A stretch of 64,000 nt of DNA, taken from NCBI GenBank assembly GCA_034780895.1, contig JAUZTB010000066.1, positions 22,878,963-22,942,962 on the forward strand. The letters run 5' to 3'. Under the pieces are notes generated by a model. The model saw only the letters and a list, made by a program, of their open reading frames with translations. It did no database searches and was not told where the DNA came from. The first letter of the stretch is position 1. Every line of letters begins with the position of its first letter. The translations under genes and the position numbers were made by a program. Source of the stretch: Rhynchobatus australiae (lineage: Eukaryota). Shown in pieces: positions 1-14,363 of the stretch.

Positions 1-40
1 ACAGGGAATATTCTTGGAGCCCTGCTCGTTTCTGGATTTG

Positions 41-42
41 AT

Positions 43-79
<37 letters not shown>

Positions 80-88
80 TATATATAT
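41..88. repeat. (AT)n microsatellite
   Basis: Visible atatat run with one gc interruption. Confidence 0.95.
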
Positions 89-1079
89 ACCTATGTATGT
101 ATGTTAACACACATATACATCATTTCGATTGAGATCTTGGGATGTACAGTGGGATCTGAGACTTGCAGTGCTCTCTTCAGTGGTGAGTCTGACTTCTTAC
201 TAAAATCAGTGCATAAGAAAAAAAATTGCATGCAGGTTCCGAAAGCAAAGCTTGTTTGGTGGTAACCCACCTCTTCTGTGTGTTGTCAAGACGCCGTCCG
301 GTGCATTCGCAGCGAAAGGCATTGATCAAAGACGCGTTGTGCACTGTCTGAAGAATAACTGTTTCCGATCTGTCCCGAATACTGGGGAGGCGGAGGGGAG
401 TGGGGGGAGGTTAGATCAGTTCCATGAGTCGCCTTCATCGTTTCTGCACCTTTTTTGTGGGGGGGGGGCAATGTATCGTTATTTTAGCAACGAATTCGTC
501 CATAACAGGTCAGCGGATGGTTGTAGAATTGACGAGAAGGTCCATTTGAAAGGATTNNNNNNNNNNNNNNNNNNNNNNNNNNNNNNNNNNNNNNNNNNNN
601 NNNNNNNNNNNNNNNNNNNNNNNNNNNNNNNNNNNNNNNNNNNNNNNNNNNNNNNNCCATTTGAAAGGATTTACCGCCGTCGTAACATTTGTGTACACTT
701 GCCAGGGCTAGCGGTGTTTGTTGAATGCTGTACATTTAACGGTTGGAGGGGGAAAATGTGCAGATTTTTCATTGCAAGTGGAAGAGTTCTATCAAAGAGT
801 AATCTTAACGTCGAACCTCTATACAAGTACACTGCAAACTACTTTCTCTGAATGAATGAAATTGTTCTTCAGATGAGGTCTTGCCGTCAGCGACAACTGT
901 GTAACTAGAGTGCAGGGAATGACTTCAGGAACAGAAATTACAACCTGACACCTAATGATTCATTATTTCTGCAATGAATGGAAGAGAACGGTAGAGAAAT
1001 TCCTGAAGGCTTTAATCACAGTTCTTGCTAATCGCACTGTGACTCTTCCCATAGAGCCCCGTTGAAATGGAGGGGGGAG

Positions 1080-1350
1080 GAAATTGTTCGTAATAAAGAT
1101 GGAGTTTAAAAGATTTACTATGTGGCGGTCAGGGTTAAGCAGCCAGTACAGCGGTACTTCATCATGCAAGAGGCATTGGAGATTATCTGCTCTGCTTGGA
1201 TGCATTATCATAAAAAGTGATTTAAAGCTGATTGATGCAAATGGTCCTGAGTTCTTTTTTTATCATTAATGGACTCTTTCAGTGGCCAGAGGCAGTGATT
1301 AAGGCTGTCATTTAGGGGCAGCTCATTAAAGGCAAAACGTGAAACAGTTG
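1080..1350. promoter_or_regulatory. Candidate conserved non-coding element/enhancer
   Basis: Repeat-free block with CATAAAA (1209), TGATTTAA (1218), TGATTGAT (1229), overlapping octamer ATGCAAAT (1235), TGATTAAG (1296) and CTGTCA (1305). Confidence 0.45.
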
Positions 1351-4300
1351 GAGGGAGTAGTCGGTTTTCAGCTCGGATATTTTAAAGATGAACCCCACCA
1401 CCTCACGGGTTGCTGAGGGATTAGCATCTGCCAAACAAATTACAGTATGTTTGATGTTTTGAGATTGACACGCTGGACCTGATCTTATTTTAATGGAGGG
1501 GCACAGTAGGGACCCCTAGCTTTCCTGCTGAGCTTAGTGTTGTGGAAGTGTGAAACGGCAGCCGCGCTGAAGGACGCTGCTGACAGGAATCGGGGCATGA
1601 TGTTTAATTTCTTGTTGCTGGAAGGGACGGGAGAGGGAAGTAAAATCCTTACTGTAGACTTCTAGCCAAAGCCTCCAACACACAAACTGATGCCACCTAT
1701 TCCAGTTTTTGGAAGATTTTTTAAAAAGACTTTTATTACAAAGAATTAAATGTGCAAATTTTGCTTTAAATACTCCAACTTTACAGACACCACAAAGTCT
1801 TAAATGGACAGAGTGAATTCGATATTCCAGAAGGCATTCTCTCCTCCTCCCATCTCCCCTTAAATTCTAGTCAGTATGTATTGAAAGCGGGATTTTTGGT
1901 TCCATCTTATTGAGGTCGTACTTGATAAATGAACGAATTACTTGTTTAAAAAATGTTCACGAGCCTGGAATGAACAACCATCCATTTCTACAGATTGTGT
2001 GATATTAATCATACACCATCTGCATAATAGAGGCCGAGCTGTGCGATTATGCATTCAGATATTTGCACAGAGTGTTCGGTGCCATTTCTTAACCCAGTCC
2101 TTTTTCCAGTACTGAATATCAGAGTGTCCTGACCAGCAGTCGTCTGAGGGGAAGTCTCCAATGCAGAATGCGGGCAATGAAAGAAATCTGCTGCTAGGTT
2201 TTGAACTCACTACAGATACCAAAGCTAGCGGACTCTTTGAACTGCAAATAACACTGCTCTACTGAGACCAATTTCATAAAAATTTGAAGCCTGTTTTTAT
2301 TGGCCATTAAAGCAACCTTTATTTTATAAGGGAATGTTGCAGTAATTGCTTTTTACGAAGAGTACTTTGTAACACACATGAGCACTTGAAAGAGAAACCA
2401 TTCTGGTGTTGTCTACCGGGATTCAATGGCGCAATTAATTTTGCTCCATCTGTTCTTGGGACTTTAAAGGAAAATGGATTTTTTTTTTGTTGAGCGTATT
2501 TTAATGAAGAAGATAAAGCGTGGCATTGATACCCCACAGGCTTGGTGCAGTAAGTTCAAATTATTGCTTAGTCTGTCAGGACTGGCTGCTTCCTCCGAGG
2601 CTGACATGACAGGCAGCCAGGGTCTGCCCTGAGTGTGCCATTCTCGGTGACAAACAGCCGCTTGGCTTCTGGTAAGACGCTATTAAAATGTCATTCTCGA
2701 ATGACGAAGAGTCCAGGTGGGTCCCTGCTGGACACAAGATGCTTTCAGTTCGAACTGATGCCTCACCGCAGGATTTTNNNNNNNNNNNNNNNNNNNNNNN
2801 NNNNNNNNNNNNNNNNNNNNNNNNNNNNNNNNNNNTATCGGGGGGGGGGGGTGAAGATCTGCTCTGTTGCTTTATAGTCCATTATCCTTAAGCGTAGTGG
2901 TTCAAGGATAAAGCTTTATTGCTTTGAAGCTTTGTTCATTCAGCGGCATTGGCTTCTAAGGCAATTCTTTATCCTGCAATCCTTCTTAATAATAAAGGCT
3001 GTTTCATTGGCCGCTTTAAATCACAGTGTGCTACTTGTACTTTAATAACTATTTCCAAAGAGCCATTCAGTTTACCACACACATGTTATTGAACATGCCA
3101 CCAGAAATTCAATTTCCCTGGTCAATCCCACTGTAAATTACAGAACACTTTTCTGCTGAAGGGTCATAACTCTTGATTCTGCCAATGCCAACGATTTAAT
3201 AAGTATGATCTGCAACGTTCAATGTAAGAATTATTTTTAATTAATCTGTTGGAAATTTACAAAGCACAGGCTGTAATTTGAAGCATTGTGATATTTAATG
3301 TTAATTTATTTTATAGTTAATCAATACGTCCAATAATATAACTTTTGTCTATACCGAACTGATTTTGTGTTTTCGTATTGATCACAAAGCACATTCCCTG
3401 TTGAAAGTATTAATGTATGCAAGAACTAAACCCATTTCCATTCAGTTCCTAATTCCGAGAGTAAAAATACATTTTAAATCTATTAATACAATTTTAAATG
3501 CTTGTGCAGGTCACTAAGTCAAGGATTGAATTTATACATTGAACATTTGATTCTTGGAAAGGTCTTTNNNNNNNNNNNNNNNNNNNNNNNNNNNNNNNNN
3601 NNNNNNNNNNNNNNNNNNNNNNNNNNNNNNNNNNNNNNNNNNNNNNNNNNNNNNNNNNNNNNNNNNNTGGAAAGGTCTTTAGTTTCTGTTCCGTTATACT
3701 TGAAGGTGAGTTCAGAGCAGTGCCAAATCTGTTTGTACTTCACTCGGACATGCTATTTTGATAAGGCAATGTGAAACTTTCAGTAAAGTGAGTATTTTTC
3801 TCTTTTTTGTGTATTTGTTAATTCCGGGTTACATTAACGTGTTTCAGTGAAGCGTTTAGAATTAAATCTTTTGGCTGTACTTTGTTAAATGGCAGAGCAG
3901 CTTATGGCTTGAAGGTTAATTGGTAATCTATTTAATTATTAGATCTTAGTACTCCTTAATAAATATTTGCTGTCAAACTACCATACACTGCAATTGGCTG
4001 TGACAAGCCAAACACTTTAGTGTGTTGATTTCCTCTGAGTGTGGCGAGGGCATAATAGTGAATGAGTGTGCTTAAATGGGTTTTAAGTGCCTCTCTGCTG
4101 GCTTATTTGCTCCTTTCCAAGGTGCAAGGCTTAGTGCCCTTGACACGCTGCTGATATGTTAAATATTTTGTATCCTCAAGAATCTCACCTCTGCGTGATA
4201 CTAAAATAGTGCACCCAAAATTCAGCTCATGATATGGTCTAAGCATGTCATATACAGTAACAAACAACATCCTTGAGGCTATTTTGTGAAGTTTATAACC

Positions 4301-6689
4301 TCGCTGGTACTTCCAACACATCTGTGAGTTGCGTGCAATACCCTATCCTATTCCTTCCTTTGTGCTTCGAAACTCGGAGCATTTCCACTTGCCTTTTAAT
4401 CTGCCACTGAGAAAATGTTCAAGGTTTGCTGTTTCATGTATACTCAGTTACTTATCAGAATTTTGCTGTAGGGATATGTTGGGAACTATGCTAAAAGCTT
4501 CTGTAGTTTTCTTTTCATACTGGACTGAAGTAGGACAAAAATTGCATTATATAGTACCTTTTATATGTTGAGGATGTCCTAAAACGTTTCAGTCAATGCA
4601 AGACCTTCTGATTTAGTGTGTTATATTCAGCCAATCTGTGTGAACAATGATGGAAATGTAATCTTTTTTAGGAAAGGAAGGGTAAAGAGCTCGTTTCAAA
4701 TCATGACAGGATTTGTATCTGATTGTGGAAAAGGTTTTTTCCCTTTTCTGTGGCAATATACGTATTTATTTGAATAGCTTTACTATCCAAAATGGTGATA
4801 ATTGAGGTTGGGACCAGTGTGTGAATGTATTTAATATTCAACTGTGTATCTTGGCTCATATTCATGTTAAAACAACACTTTATAGAGTACCATCGATCAG
4901 TATTACTTGGAATTCTTTCACTCATGCAGAACATCTTCATATCTCTTGAGAAATGCTGACTCACAATTTTGCCACTCAAAAAATATGAACATAATGATGA
5001 TTTTTTTTCTCCCGCAAAAGAACTGCGGCAACCTAATAGCTATGAATGCATTGGGAGAATGAACGATGTGGGCTTGTTAATGTTTAACTTCTGCCTGCCT
5101 TCCTCTGTTATGTGACAGAATATCAGTTTGCATCAATTCAATAAGTCATTTTTATTACTGGTTACAATAAGCTAATAATTCATGACTTTTTTTTTAATCA
5201 GAGCACTTTTTCTTCAATGTATCTGAACCCAGGCTTAACAACTTTACGACAATTCCCTTTTCATTCTCCTTATGAGCTTATCTGATGGTAATGGCATCCT
5301 GTGTAATTCTTGAAATCCAAAGTGCTTTCAAATAGTGCTGTTGCAATACTAAGTTTCTACCTTCACCAGTAAACTTCACCTGGAATCCAGAGAAACGTTT
5401 GCTTCAGGATAGCCCGTTAGTTTGCAGCCATAAATGTGTAGGGCAGTGACAGCTGCTGACCAGAGTGTAGACTGAAAATGGTTCTTTTGCCTGTGGCATA
5501 ATGCTGTAAACATTAAAACTCGTTGTGTCTGAATATGAAAATCTCTCCCTGCCGTATAAATCTGGATTTTATTTTGATTGAAATTATTTTCCATATTGCC
5601 ATGAATATAGTTGTTTTTCCTAAACCATTTCACCCCAAAACTGAACCTTGTCTTAACTGTAAAAAGCAGTTCAGAATTTGCTATGCTCTGGTACACTGTC
5701 AGCAAACATGAATTTACATTTAAATGTAGGCGTTAAGGGGCAAATCAGGCTGACAATGATCAGAATCTGGCCTCGTTTTCCAAGGTGTGTTGCGCACTAT
5801 TTGCCTTGTACCTGGCTTCCCACAGTGCTAATATGACATTTCAACATTTACAGATCCCATGACCCCTTAACTAATGCTACCCAGTCCTGGTACTTCACTC
5901 CACCTGGAGCGCCAACATCTCTACACCGAGAGCCCTATGCCCTTCCCATCTACAAAAGGGATCCTAAGCCAATAAACCATGAGAGCTGCTCCCCGTAATC
6001 TGAGCCAAACTGCTCAAAGCTAAATCTTTCAATATTGAGCTGTAACCGGGCTCCCAGAATTATCTATCAAATCAATCATTATGCTCTATTCACAATGTTA
6101 TCAAGTCCAGATCCCATCTCCTTGATATTGCAATGCAGCAAAATCACACAGTTCCAACTTTCAACAGATGTTTTATCTATATTTGTTTCTGACCTATGTT
6201 GCTGGCCATCTTTAAAGTCAGAGTTTAAGATATTTAGATGGTAATCAGTACCTTTTAGGACTTCAAGAAAAAAAGCTGAATTTGAAAAATTTTGGATGCT
6301 CTTTACCAAAAACATGGTCTCTTATTCATTCACTTTAAGTTAGTAGCTTTGATGCAGTACAATGTGTAATGTGGCAAATGTTCCTTCAATGCCAGAGAGG
6401 ATCTGCAAGTAATAGAAACATTGTTCATAGCTTGCACCATTGCATATTTGCTGTACTCTTGTACTAATTCTGCTTCAACCAAACATGAATATTATATTTA
6501 TGACTAATTGTATTGTAAAACATGTTATTTGTTATTGCTTTATTCTGTTATAAGATTGGTTCTAGCATAATCCCCGATCTTGTACTGATGTTCCCTTAGT
6601 AACTACTTTAATGTACTGCAGGATAACACTGCGGATAAAAGTTGGATTTGCATGATATTCAGCCTACATAAAGGTCTATGAAAGGTGCT

Positions 6690-7055
6690 GAGTTCCTCTT
6701 TCAGAAATTTCAGCATAAAAAATCTACACTAACACCCACCATGCAGTACTGAGGGATCACCATTCTGGTGTAATGTCCTTCAAATGATATGTTAATCCAT
6801 GGCCCCATTTGTCCTCTGGGCAATCCCATGACATTATTTCAAGAAGGGTAGGGGGATTACCAGTTTCCTGCTAACTAGCATCGCAAGAACAAGATTTCTT
6901 GTCATTATCCCATCGCTGTTTTTTGGGAGTTGGCTGTGTTCAAGTTAGCCATCATTTTTCTGACGTTGCAACAGTAACTGCAGCTCAAAATTACTTGATT
7001 GTAAAGTGCTTGGGTCATCTTGAGTTGGAAGGAGGTATACATTGCAAGCTCATTT
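6690..7055 (+). mobile_element. Old SacSINE1/Deu-domain SINE
   Basis: gcagtactgaggga...atcccatgacattatttcaagaag...gtcattatcccatcgctgtttttgggag...gtaaagtgcttggg follows the recalled Deu-SINE core and L2-like tail. Confidence 0.7.
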
Positions 7056-8149
7056 TTTTTAAAGATTATACATTCAATGTTCCCATCATTTACAAAACAG
7101 ATCATTTGATTTAGAAGATAACATCACCGGAAATACCCTAATAAATACTTACTAATATTGTGTAATATTTGTGTTGGGCACACTACAAGAGATGTGTATA
7201 AAGCTGAGACAAATCATCACATCATGACATTAAATTCTGTGATGTGTAGCTACCACTCAGTGTTTTAACTACCTACCATCTGTCATGTTCTTCAATAGGT
7301 GCTCCAGCACAGAAAACAGCTGGCACTGAACCAAGTGCTGATAAACTATCTCCAGACTAGTTCAGCCATTAAGCAATTTTTTTGGTGTAAATATTTAATA
7401 AATGAATCCCCGTAAAGTCATTAAACTCAATGAGCAAATGGTCTTTTACTGCATTGTAACCATTTTTTAACTGTTGTGATTACAGTGCAGCAGAGTTGGA
7501 CAACAATAGTAAAAGAAATAGCTGCACTACATATTTCTATAACATATAGTTGGGAAAGATGTCTGAATTTAGAATATTCAGCTGGTCTAATCCTGTCCCA
7601 ATGCTGAGCTGGAATAATTCACAACAGCTTGGTTTTTTGGTTTAAACTTGCATTATGCAAACGTGGAAATGAAAAGAATTCTGGATTAGATTGATTTAAG
7701 AGGCATTTATTGTAGAATTAGGTTTTGATGTTTTCAAGCCAATTCCTATACGCTAGGGAATGTCACCACAGTTACCAACACTACCAATGCAAGCAATGGT
7801 GCACTGATATTCATGACCCAGTGCCTTTGATTCACCAACCACCAATATTCCCTTCAACTAGACAATGTGCCTTTTGTCGTCTTTGGGATGTGTTGGTCAC
7901 TGTGGGAGATGGGAGTAGGAATAGAAATAATCTCAGCTCCCCGAACAAGGCAACAATCAATTATCTCGGTGTCTGTATGGTTATCATGACATCATTATGC
8001 TGCTGATTGAGTTTTTTTGTGTGTGTTGTAGCCCATTTTGAATTAAAATAGCATTTTTATATAACTTTGCGGGAGGGTAACTTTAGAAAATAGCAGTGAA
8101 GGACATTTATTTTAATGAAACCGTTCAATTAGTTTTCCCCCCGATTTGT

Positions 8150-9300
8150 CTGAGAGGGAGTGGGACCGAGTGAGCCATTAAAACCAAACCTTTTTGCTGA
8201 TCCCCACAGCTGCACGCCATCCGTCTTGAACACGCTCAGCTTCCCGAAACAGCAACAGCTCCTGAGCGCAACGACAATAATCAAAAAAGACAGCAGCTGA
8301 GGTGCTGGTTAGCGGCAAATCAGAGCCTAATGAGTTACAAGCAAGGCTTTGAATTTGCAATCCTAGTGCGGGCGAGGAGCGGATTTGTCGCCCTCCCCTC
8401 ACTTTGGAGAGGGGTTCTTGCCTCACACTGGGCAGCAGGTGCGAGTCATCTTCGTCTGCTCAAATGGTTATTAGCTGATGATGAGCGAGACAAATCTCCG
8501 GTCATCCATCCAACTGCGATGGTTCGGAGGTCATCGAATTCAGGCTTCCCAGGAGAGCAAGAGATTATATAGCTTACCTGCAAGCTGAAATTGAAAAGAT
8601 CTTCAGCAGAGGGGAGTCCTGTCAAACACATCACGCTGAGGCACTTATTGTTATTTTATTGCTCTTTGTTGACAGCCGAAGCAAGGCTGAAAGGCTTTCA
8701 TGTTTATTCAGGGGTTGGGGGACGGGTGAAGAAAAACCGCAGGGTTTATTGAAAGGGTTTGATGCACAGAGTACAGAATCTTCTCTGCTGCACACTTTTT
8801 TCTGGTCCTGAAACAGTAACAGATTTAACTTTGTCTCGCATTTACTGCAAATTTCGTTTTATAGACACCATAAATAATATATAAAAGCCACATGCAGCCA
8901 CGGGCTTCATCTGCGCCGTATAGCTGCAGACCCTGTAATAAGTTAAACGTGTCAGATTCGGATGCCTGGAGACACAGTCTCACTGTTTGGCTGCAAGCTA
9001 CAAACGCGGCACGTTNNNNNNNNNNNNNNNNNNNNNNNNNNNNNNNNNNNNNNNNNNNNNNNNNNNNNNNNNNNNNNNNNNNNNNNNNNNNNNCTGAGTC
9101 CTGCAAGGTTAACTCATTCAGCGGGCCGTGGACTCGATTGCATTGTGTTCAGTCCGCACTTGGTGCGTACAGCAAGTTACGGATAATTTAGCGCACTGGT
9201 GTTTGCGTCGAATTTGAACACGGGGACTCCTCCTCCCCCCAATCTGACACACAAGTCGGTTTGCTGCTACTGCAAACTTGTGCGATTAAAAACAAGTTCA
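8150..9300. promoter_or_regulatory. CpG-retaining unique region, candidate enhancer or internal promoter
   Basis: Many more CG dinucleotides than the flanks; no recognisable repeat; E-boxes (CAGCTG) and TAAT cores. Confidence 0.4.
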
Positions 9301-9449
9301 CCATTGTCATGGAGATGATGGTTTGGGTAAATAAATACGTTTATTTTAAACGACAATGTTCTAATAAAAACATTATAACCAGTTATTTGGGAGCTGATGG
9401 TAGTGAGGGTGATGCTGTATTTAGCCAAGCCCCACACTCAGTCCTTCAT

Positions 9450-9925
9450 GTCTGTGGCAAGACTTGAAAGAACTACCCATGGCAATGACATCTTCCAGCA
9501 CTCTGTGGTTCACGGTTCTTTAAGTGCACATTCAATCACTTTTTAAGTGCGGTGAGATTGTTGCCTCTAACAGTCCCATCAAGCAGTCAGCTCCAGAACC
9601 CTGCCATCTTCTGTTGGGGGGAAAGTAGACCTCATGTCAATTACTTTTAAGTCTGAGTCCCCTGGTTTTGATCCCTCAAGTAAAGGAAATGGCCTCTTCC
9701 TATTTCCTGTATCCAGGTCCTGCATAATTTCATACACATCAGTTAATGTTCCTGTTAATCTCTCCTCTTGTAAAGAAGACAAGCCTTGTCTAAGTTTTGC
9801 TCATTGCTAAAAATTTGCTGGTTCTGCCTAAAATTTGCCTCGTCTGCACACCCTCCATTTCAGTCACATCTTTCCTTGAACCTGGTGAGCAGAATTCTGT
9901 GGGGTGCATTACAATTCTAACATGA
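9450..9925 (-). mobile_element. Decayed CR1 LINE 3' fragment
   Basis: Minus-strand ORF SLQEERLTGTLTDVYEIM resembles the CR1 motif SLEKRRLRGDLIEVYKIM. Confidence 0.65.
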
Positions 9926-12094
9926 TCCATCTGCAACAGGGAAGATTGAAAATTGATGCTCTGAGCCACTGTGATTACTGCGGCCCTCCTCTCCCCTCGC
10001 CTTGATTCTCTGAACAGTCTGGAATTCATCCCATCTGAATCTGAATATTTATCCAGAGATGCTAACTCCATAAATTATTCCTTCCTTACTCTACTTAAAT
10101 TCTCAATTGCCATAGTGGGAATTGATGTCCCATTTTAATATGATTTTTCCAGGCTACCTGTTCTTTGTACGGTACTTATCCTCAACTTGGTTACACCCAA
10201 ACAAAGATGTATTGTTTTATTGGTTCTGCTGGAGGTAGAAGCTCTGATGGATGGTGTGAACCTGGTGGAGTTGATTGCTTTGCCTAATTGTACAAGTCAA
10301 TAAAACAGTTCTTCAGTCCACAGCGCATGTAGACCCTTGCTACGGAATGGTACGCAATGGAGAATGCCTTGCACTCAGAATACTTTGCAGACAGACAGTT
10401 GCATGTTCAGTTGGTTGTCATAGTTCTATCCACAGTTCAAATATGCAGCAGAAATTATGGGATCACTAAACAGCTTCTTTAATGATTTCCCTGTCTTTCA
10501 CCATTGACTCCCAACCCATCCCCAATTTAATACTATTGCAATTAAGAGTAAACTGCTACAGTGACAGTTGTATGATTGGCCTGAGAGATAATGATGGAAA
10601 TCTCAGCAGGTCAGGCAGCATCTGTCAAACATAGTTAAACTTTCGGGTTGATGATTCATCAGGTGTGAGCTTGGTCAAGGTTTCTCTTAGGCCTAATAGT
10701 ATATCTGTCGCTATCCTGGTGGGATTCTGCTATTTACAGTCTTCCAAATTGTGACCTATTCACAGACTGAAATGTCAGCTTTGACTGGGGAGAGGGGAAC
10801 ATGGTGACACAACCTTCCTTTTCCTTTCACAGGCTGTCATTTTGTTGGTTACATTCCCAGTTCCATGACGTTCTGTGCAAAAGCTGTGGAAAATGAGAGT
10901 TGACAGGAATTTCAGTAAAAATCCAAAATAATTATCTGTAATTAATGGAGAAACAAATCTTCCAAAATAGCTGAAAAAAAATACTTTTGTTGCACTGTCG
11001 GCGCTGCTGTTAAATCATTAAGTGGCTGGTCATGCTGTTAAAAGATATTGGCAATCGTCAACATTTTCCTGGTATAAAATTAAACTTCATGCATTATTCA
11101 TTGGTGTAAAATAATTCAGTTCAGGGCATAAAATATGAAATAATGCAGCAGCTACAATTTATTGTGCAGTGTCTTTGTATTTTTGCATTCCCCTACCTTT
11201 GCTTATTTTTAACCATTCCTGGCATTGTCTGATGCTGTTCCTGTGAAGCCACCTTGCCATGTTTTCCCAAAAGGCACTTTCGAAATCCAGGTGGTCAGGC
11301 TGAGCCTTGCTTTTAATGGATGTGAAATTCCCAAAACCAAGTGCAAAATTTGGCACTGGCCTGTGGCTAAAAGGAAACACCTTGTTCAACATACTTCTGC
11401 TTTTGTTACATGGTGACCCAAGCAATTCTTTTCAATTACAGTTCTTAACAGATAGCAAGGTAAAAATGCTGCAAAAATAACTGGAGCTACCCATTGTGTG
11501 AGTAAACATAATGGCCATCTTGGACATTGAGATGTTTTGAATCCGAAGGTTGGTGAAGGCAGTCGGTTACGTGAAAGTGGCGACAGTATTTGCCACACAA
11601 TTAACCTGATTTTCATTGAACTGCAAGACTGCTGAATTCAGCCTAGTTTTATGTCACTGACGGGAATAGACTGAGACTAATCCTTTATGTTGCTAGCTGA
11701 TTAAACACATCTCAACATCAATGCCAAAAGAAAATGCTTTCTGTGAGTTATTGTGAGTGTAATCCTTTCAACTTCATCTCACAAAATCAAAAGCATTTGG
11801 GATGATTTTCCTTAAATGATTGCTTTTCACTGATACCACACAAATATAGTTATGCTCAGTTATTTTTACAATGTATGGTATAATAGCAGTTGGAGTATGA
11901 AAGAGTAGTTTAATTCTGTTACATTTCTAAACAATGTAAAACTATTCCTCCATGCAAGGCAATGTTTGCTGGCATATGGTACCACGGGGACCAGCAATGC
12001 TCAGTGTACTATCAGTCTTGGAGGCCTTTGAGAATAATCAACGACAGTAGTCTTACAGTCAAGTCTGATTCTGCATGCCTCTACATAAAGAGTC

Positions 12095-12430
12095 ACTGCA
12101 ACAACAACTTACATTGTTGCCTTTAACGTAACAAGACATCCTTAGCAATATTACAGAAGCATTATCAATAAAAATATAACTCTAGACCACCTCAGAAGTT
12201 GTTGAGGCAGAATACCAAAAGCTAAGGAAAAGACTTGAGTGGTCTCTGAAGCACTTCTGAAATGTAGCCACCATTGTAGAGGAGGAAAGTTGGCTCCCAA
12301 TTGGTGCAAAACAAGCTCCAAAATATTAACAACAATACCAGAGCCCTGCCCTCTAAAATAGTACCAATGGATCTTTTATATTCACTGTAGAGGCCCTCCT
12401 TGGTTTAATGCTTAATCTGATGGTGAGTTA
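12095..12430 (-). mobile_element. Decayed L2-tail/SacSINE fragments
   Basis: caacaacaacttacatt...cctttaacgtaac tail and aaatagtaccaatggatctttta...ttggtttaatg Deu-like core in reverse orientation. Confidence 0.5.
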
Positions 12431-12494
12431 AGCTTTGTTCTTTCTATTGACAGCCTTGCGATTATAGTACAGTTATGATCTACACTGCTGACCA

Positions 12495-12805
12495 GGTACT
12501 TTCCCCTGCCAGGGTGCCTGGAATGAGGGCCACAATATCACATTACGTAGCAAGATATTTAAGACTGAGATGATGAGATGTATCTTCACTCAGAGGGTGG
12601 TAAACCTGTTGAATTCTCTATAACAGAATGAAGATCAAGTTGTTGAATATATTTTGGAAGGAGATGGGTAGAAATCCACACATAAAAGGCATCCAGGCAT
12701 ATGAGGGGAGAATGGAAATATGGTGTTGAGATGATGATCAGCCATGATCATACAGGCTCAAAGGGCCAAATGGCCTCCTTCTGCTCCTATTTTCCCTGTT
12801 TCTAA
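12495..12805 (+). mobile_element. CR1 LINE 3' end
   Basis: tttaagactgagatg...ttcactcagagggtggtaaacctg...gatcagccatgatc...aagggccaaatggcctccttctgctcct is a typical CR1 3' end. Confidence 0.75.
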
Positions 12806-14363
12806 GTTATTATTTCAGCAATGTCCAGAAATGTAGAGCATTAAATTATGCATCCATAATTTTAGCAAATACACTGTGTATGGATTGAACACTGCAATTA
12901 CTGAGTATTAGATTTTAGAGAAAACATTAGCTGCCAAGATTTCCATGGTAAGCTACAAGCTTGGAGGTTTACTTCACATTCTATCTGAATAAACTGCTCT
13001 GTGGAAACAAAGGAGAGCCTAGAGGATTAAAGAGAAGCATAGTCTTAAGAAAGTTGCCAGCTAATGCTGCTAAGTACAATGTTGGTACTGTTGATTGATT
13101 CCTCTTGCTGGTTCAGACACCAGTAATTGCAGTTGATAATAGTTTAATGGATCTGAGTGTTAACAAACAATGTCTTTAATAGAATGTTGTTCTCCTGACA
13201 AAATAGGAGTATGCGAACACTAACTTCAAATTAAAATGGATTTTGGATTTTGAATTTCTACTGTATTGCACATTATCTCAGAATGTGTACGGTTATTAAA
13301 ATTTAACAGCCAATGGAATCTTTTTCCAGCTTTGAAAATTTAGGAAGAAGCATTTTTACATTTGGGACAACTAATTATTCTTGCTTCCGCGTGACTGTTA
13401 TCAGTTGTTTTCTTGTACCTGTATTATCTGGATGCTTCATTTCTAAAGTCCGAATTAATTACAGAGTTTGAGATAGATTTTGCAATTTGGCAATCATCAA
13501 ATAAAATACCTTCATAGAATGTTATTGTTAGAAGGCAATTGATGAGTTGTTTAGAAAGAAACTTTCAGTTAAGAATGGCCTTGGAGGAAGGGCAAAATAA
13601 CCACTTTCTCTGCTCCCATATTCTCAGCCCTGGAAGAGCAAAGAATTCAATTTCTGTAATCTTGAGGTGGAGTAAATCCAAGATGTAATGTGGCCTTGTT
13701 TAATCTCTTGTGTAGACTACATAGCTGTTGGCTACCCAGCAGTTTTATTTGAATCAATATGTTGCATTTTAATTGTTAATTGACCTAAAATTAAATGGCT
13801 TGAGACTTGTTTGCTGCAATGTGGGATGTTGCAACAACAAGAAGAAAAATTTACATCTCAAGATCCTTCAAAAGATAATGATTTAATTCATAATGATACT
13901 GAGACATGTTAGGTATTAGGGCAAATGCAAGGAAGTAGATCTGAGGGGAAGTGAGAGGTGGAAATGTTTAGGGAGGGAGCACGAGAGCTTAGGGCTCAGG
14001 CATCTGAAGAAACAACTGCTGTTCATGGAGTAAATAATTTAGGAAATACAAGAGGCCTGACCCAGAGCAAGCAAGAGATTTCAGAGGCTTGTTTGGCTGG
14101 AGGAGGCTTCAGAGATGGGGAGTGGGTGAGATCATGGAGGGATTTGAAAGAATGAGAATTTTTAAATTGTATTATTGAGCCAGAAACCAATAGAGATAAA
14201 TGAGCTCAGCATGAAGGGTAAGCACTGTGAGTAGAGATATCATCAACAGAGCATAGGACAAACACAAATTAATTTAGATTTTAAAAATGGGACGCTGGCC
14301 AGTACAGCAATGAAGTAGTCAGCATTAGAAGATGTTAAGGAGCTGGAGTGGGCAATCATAATG

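Noticed and set aside
2572-2620. Short inverted repeat ctggctgc...gcagccag
   Set aside because: An 8-bp stem is expected by chance in 64 kb.
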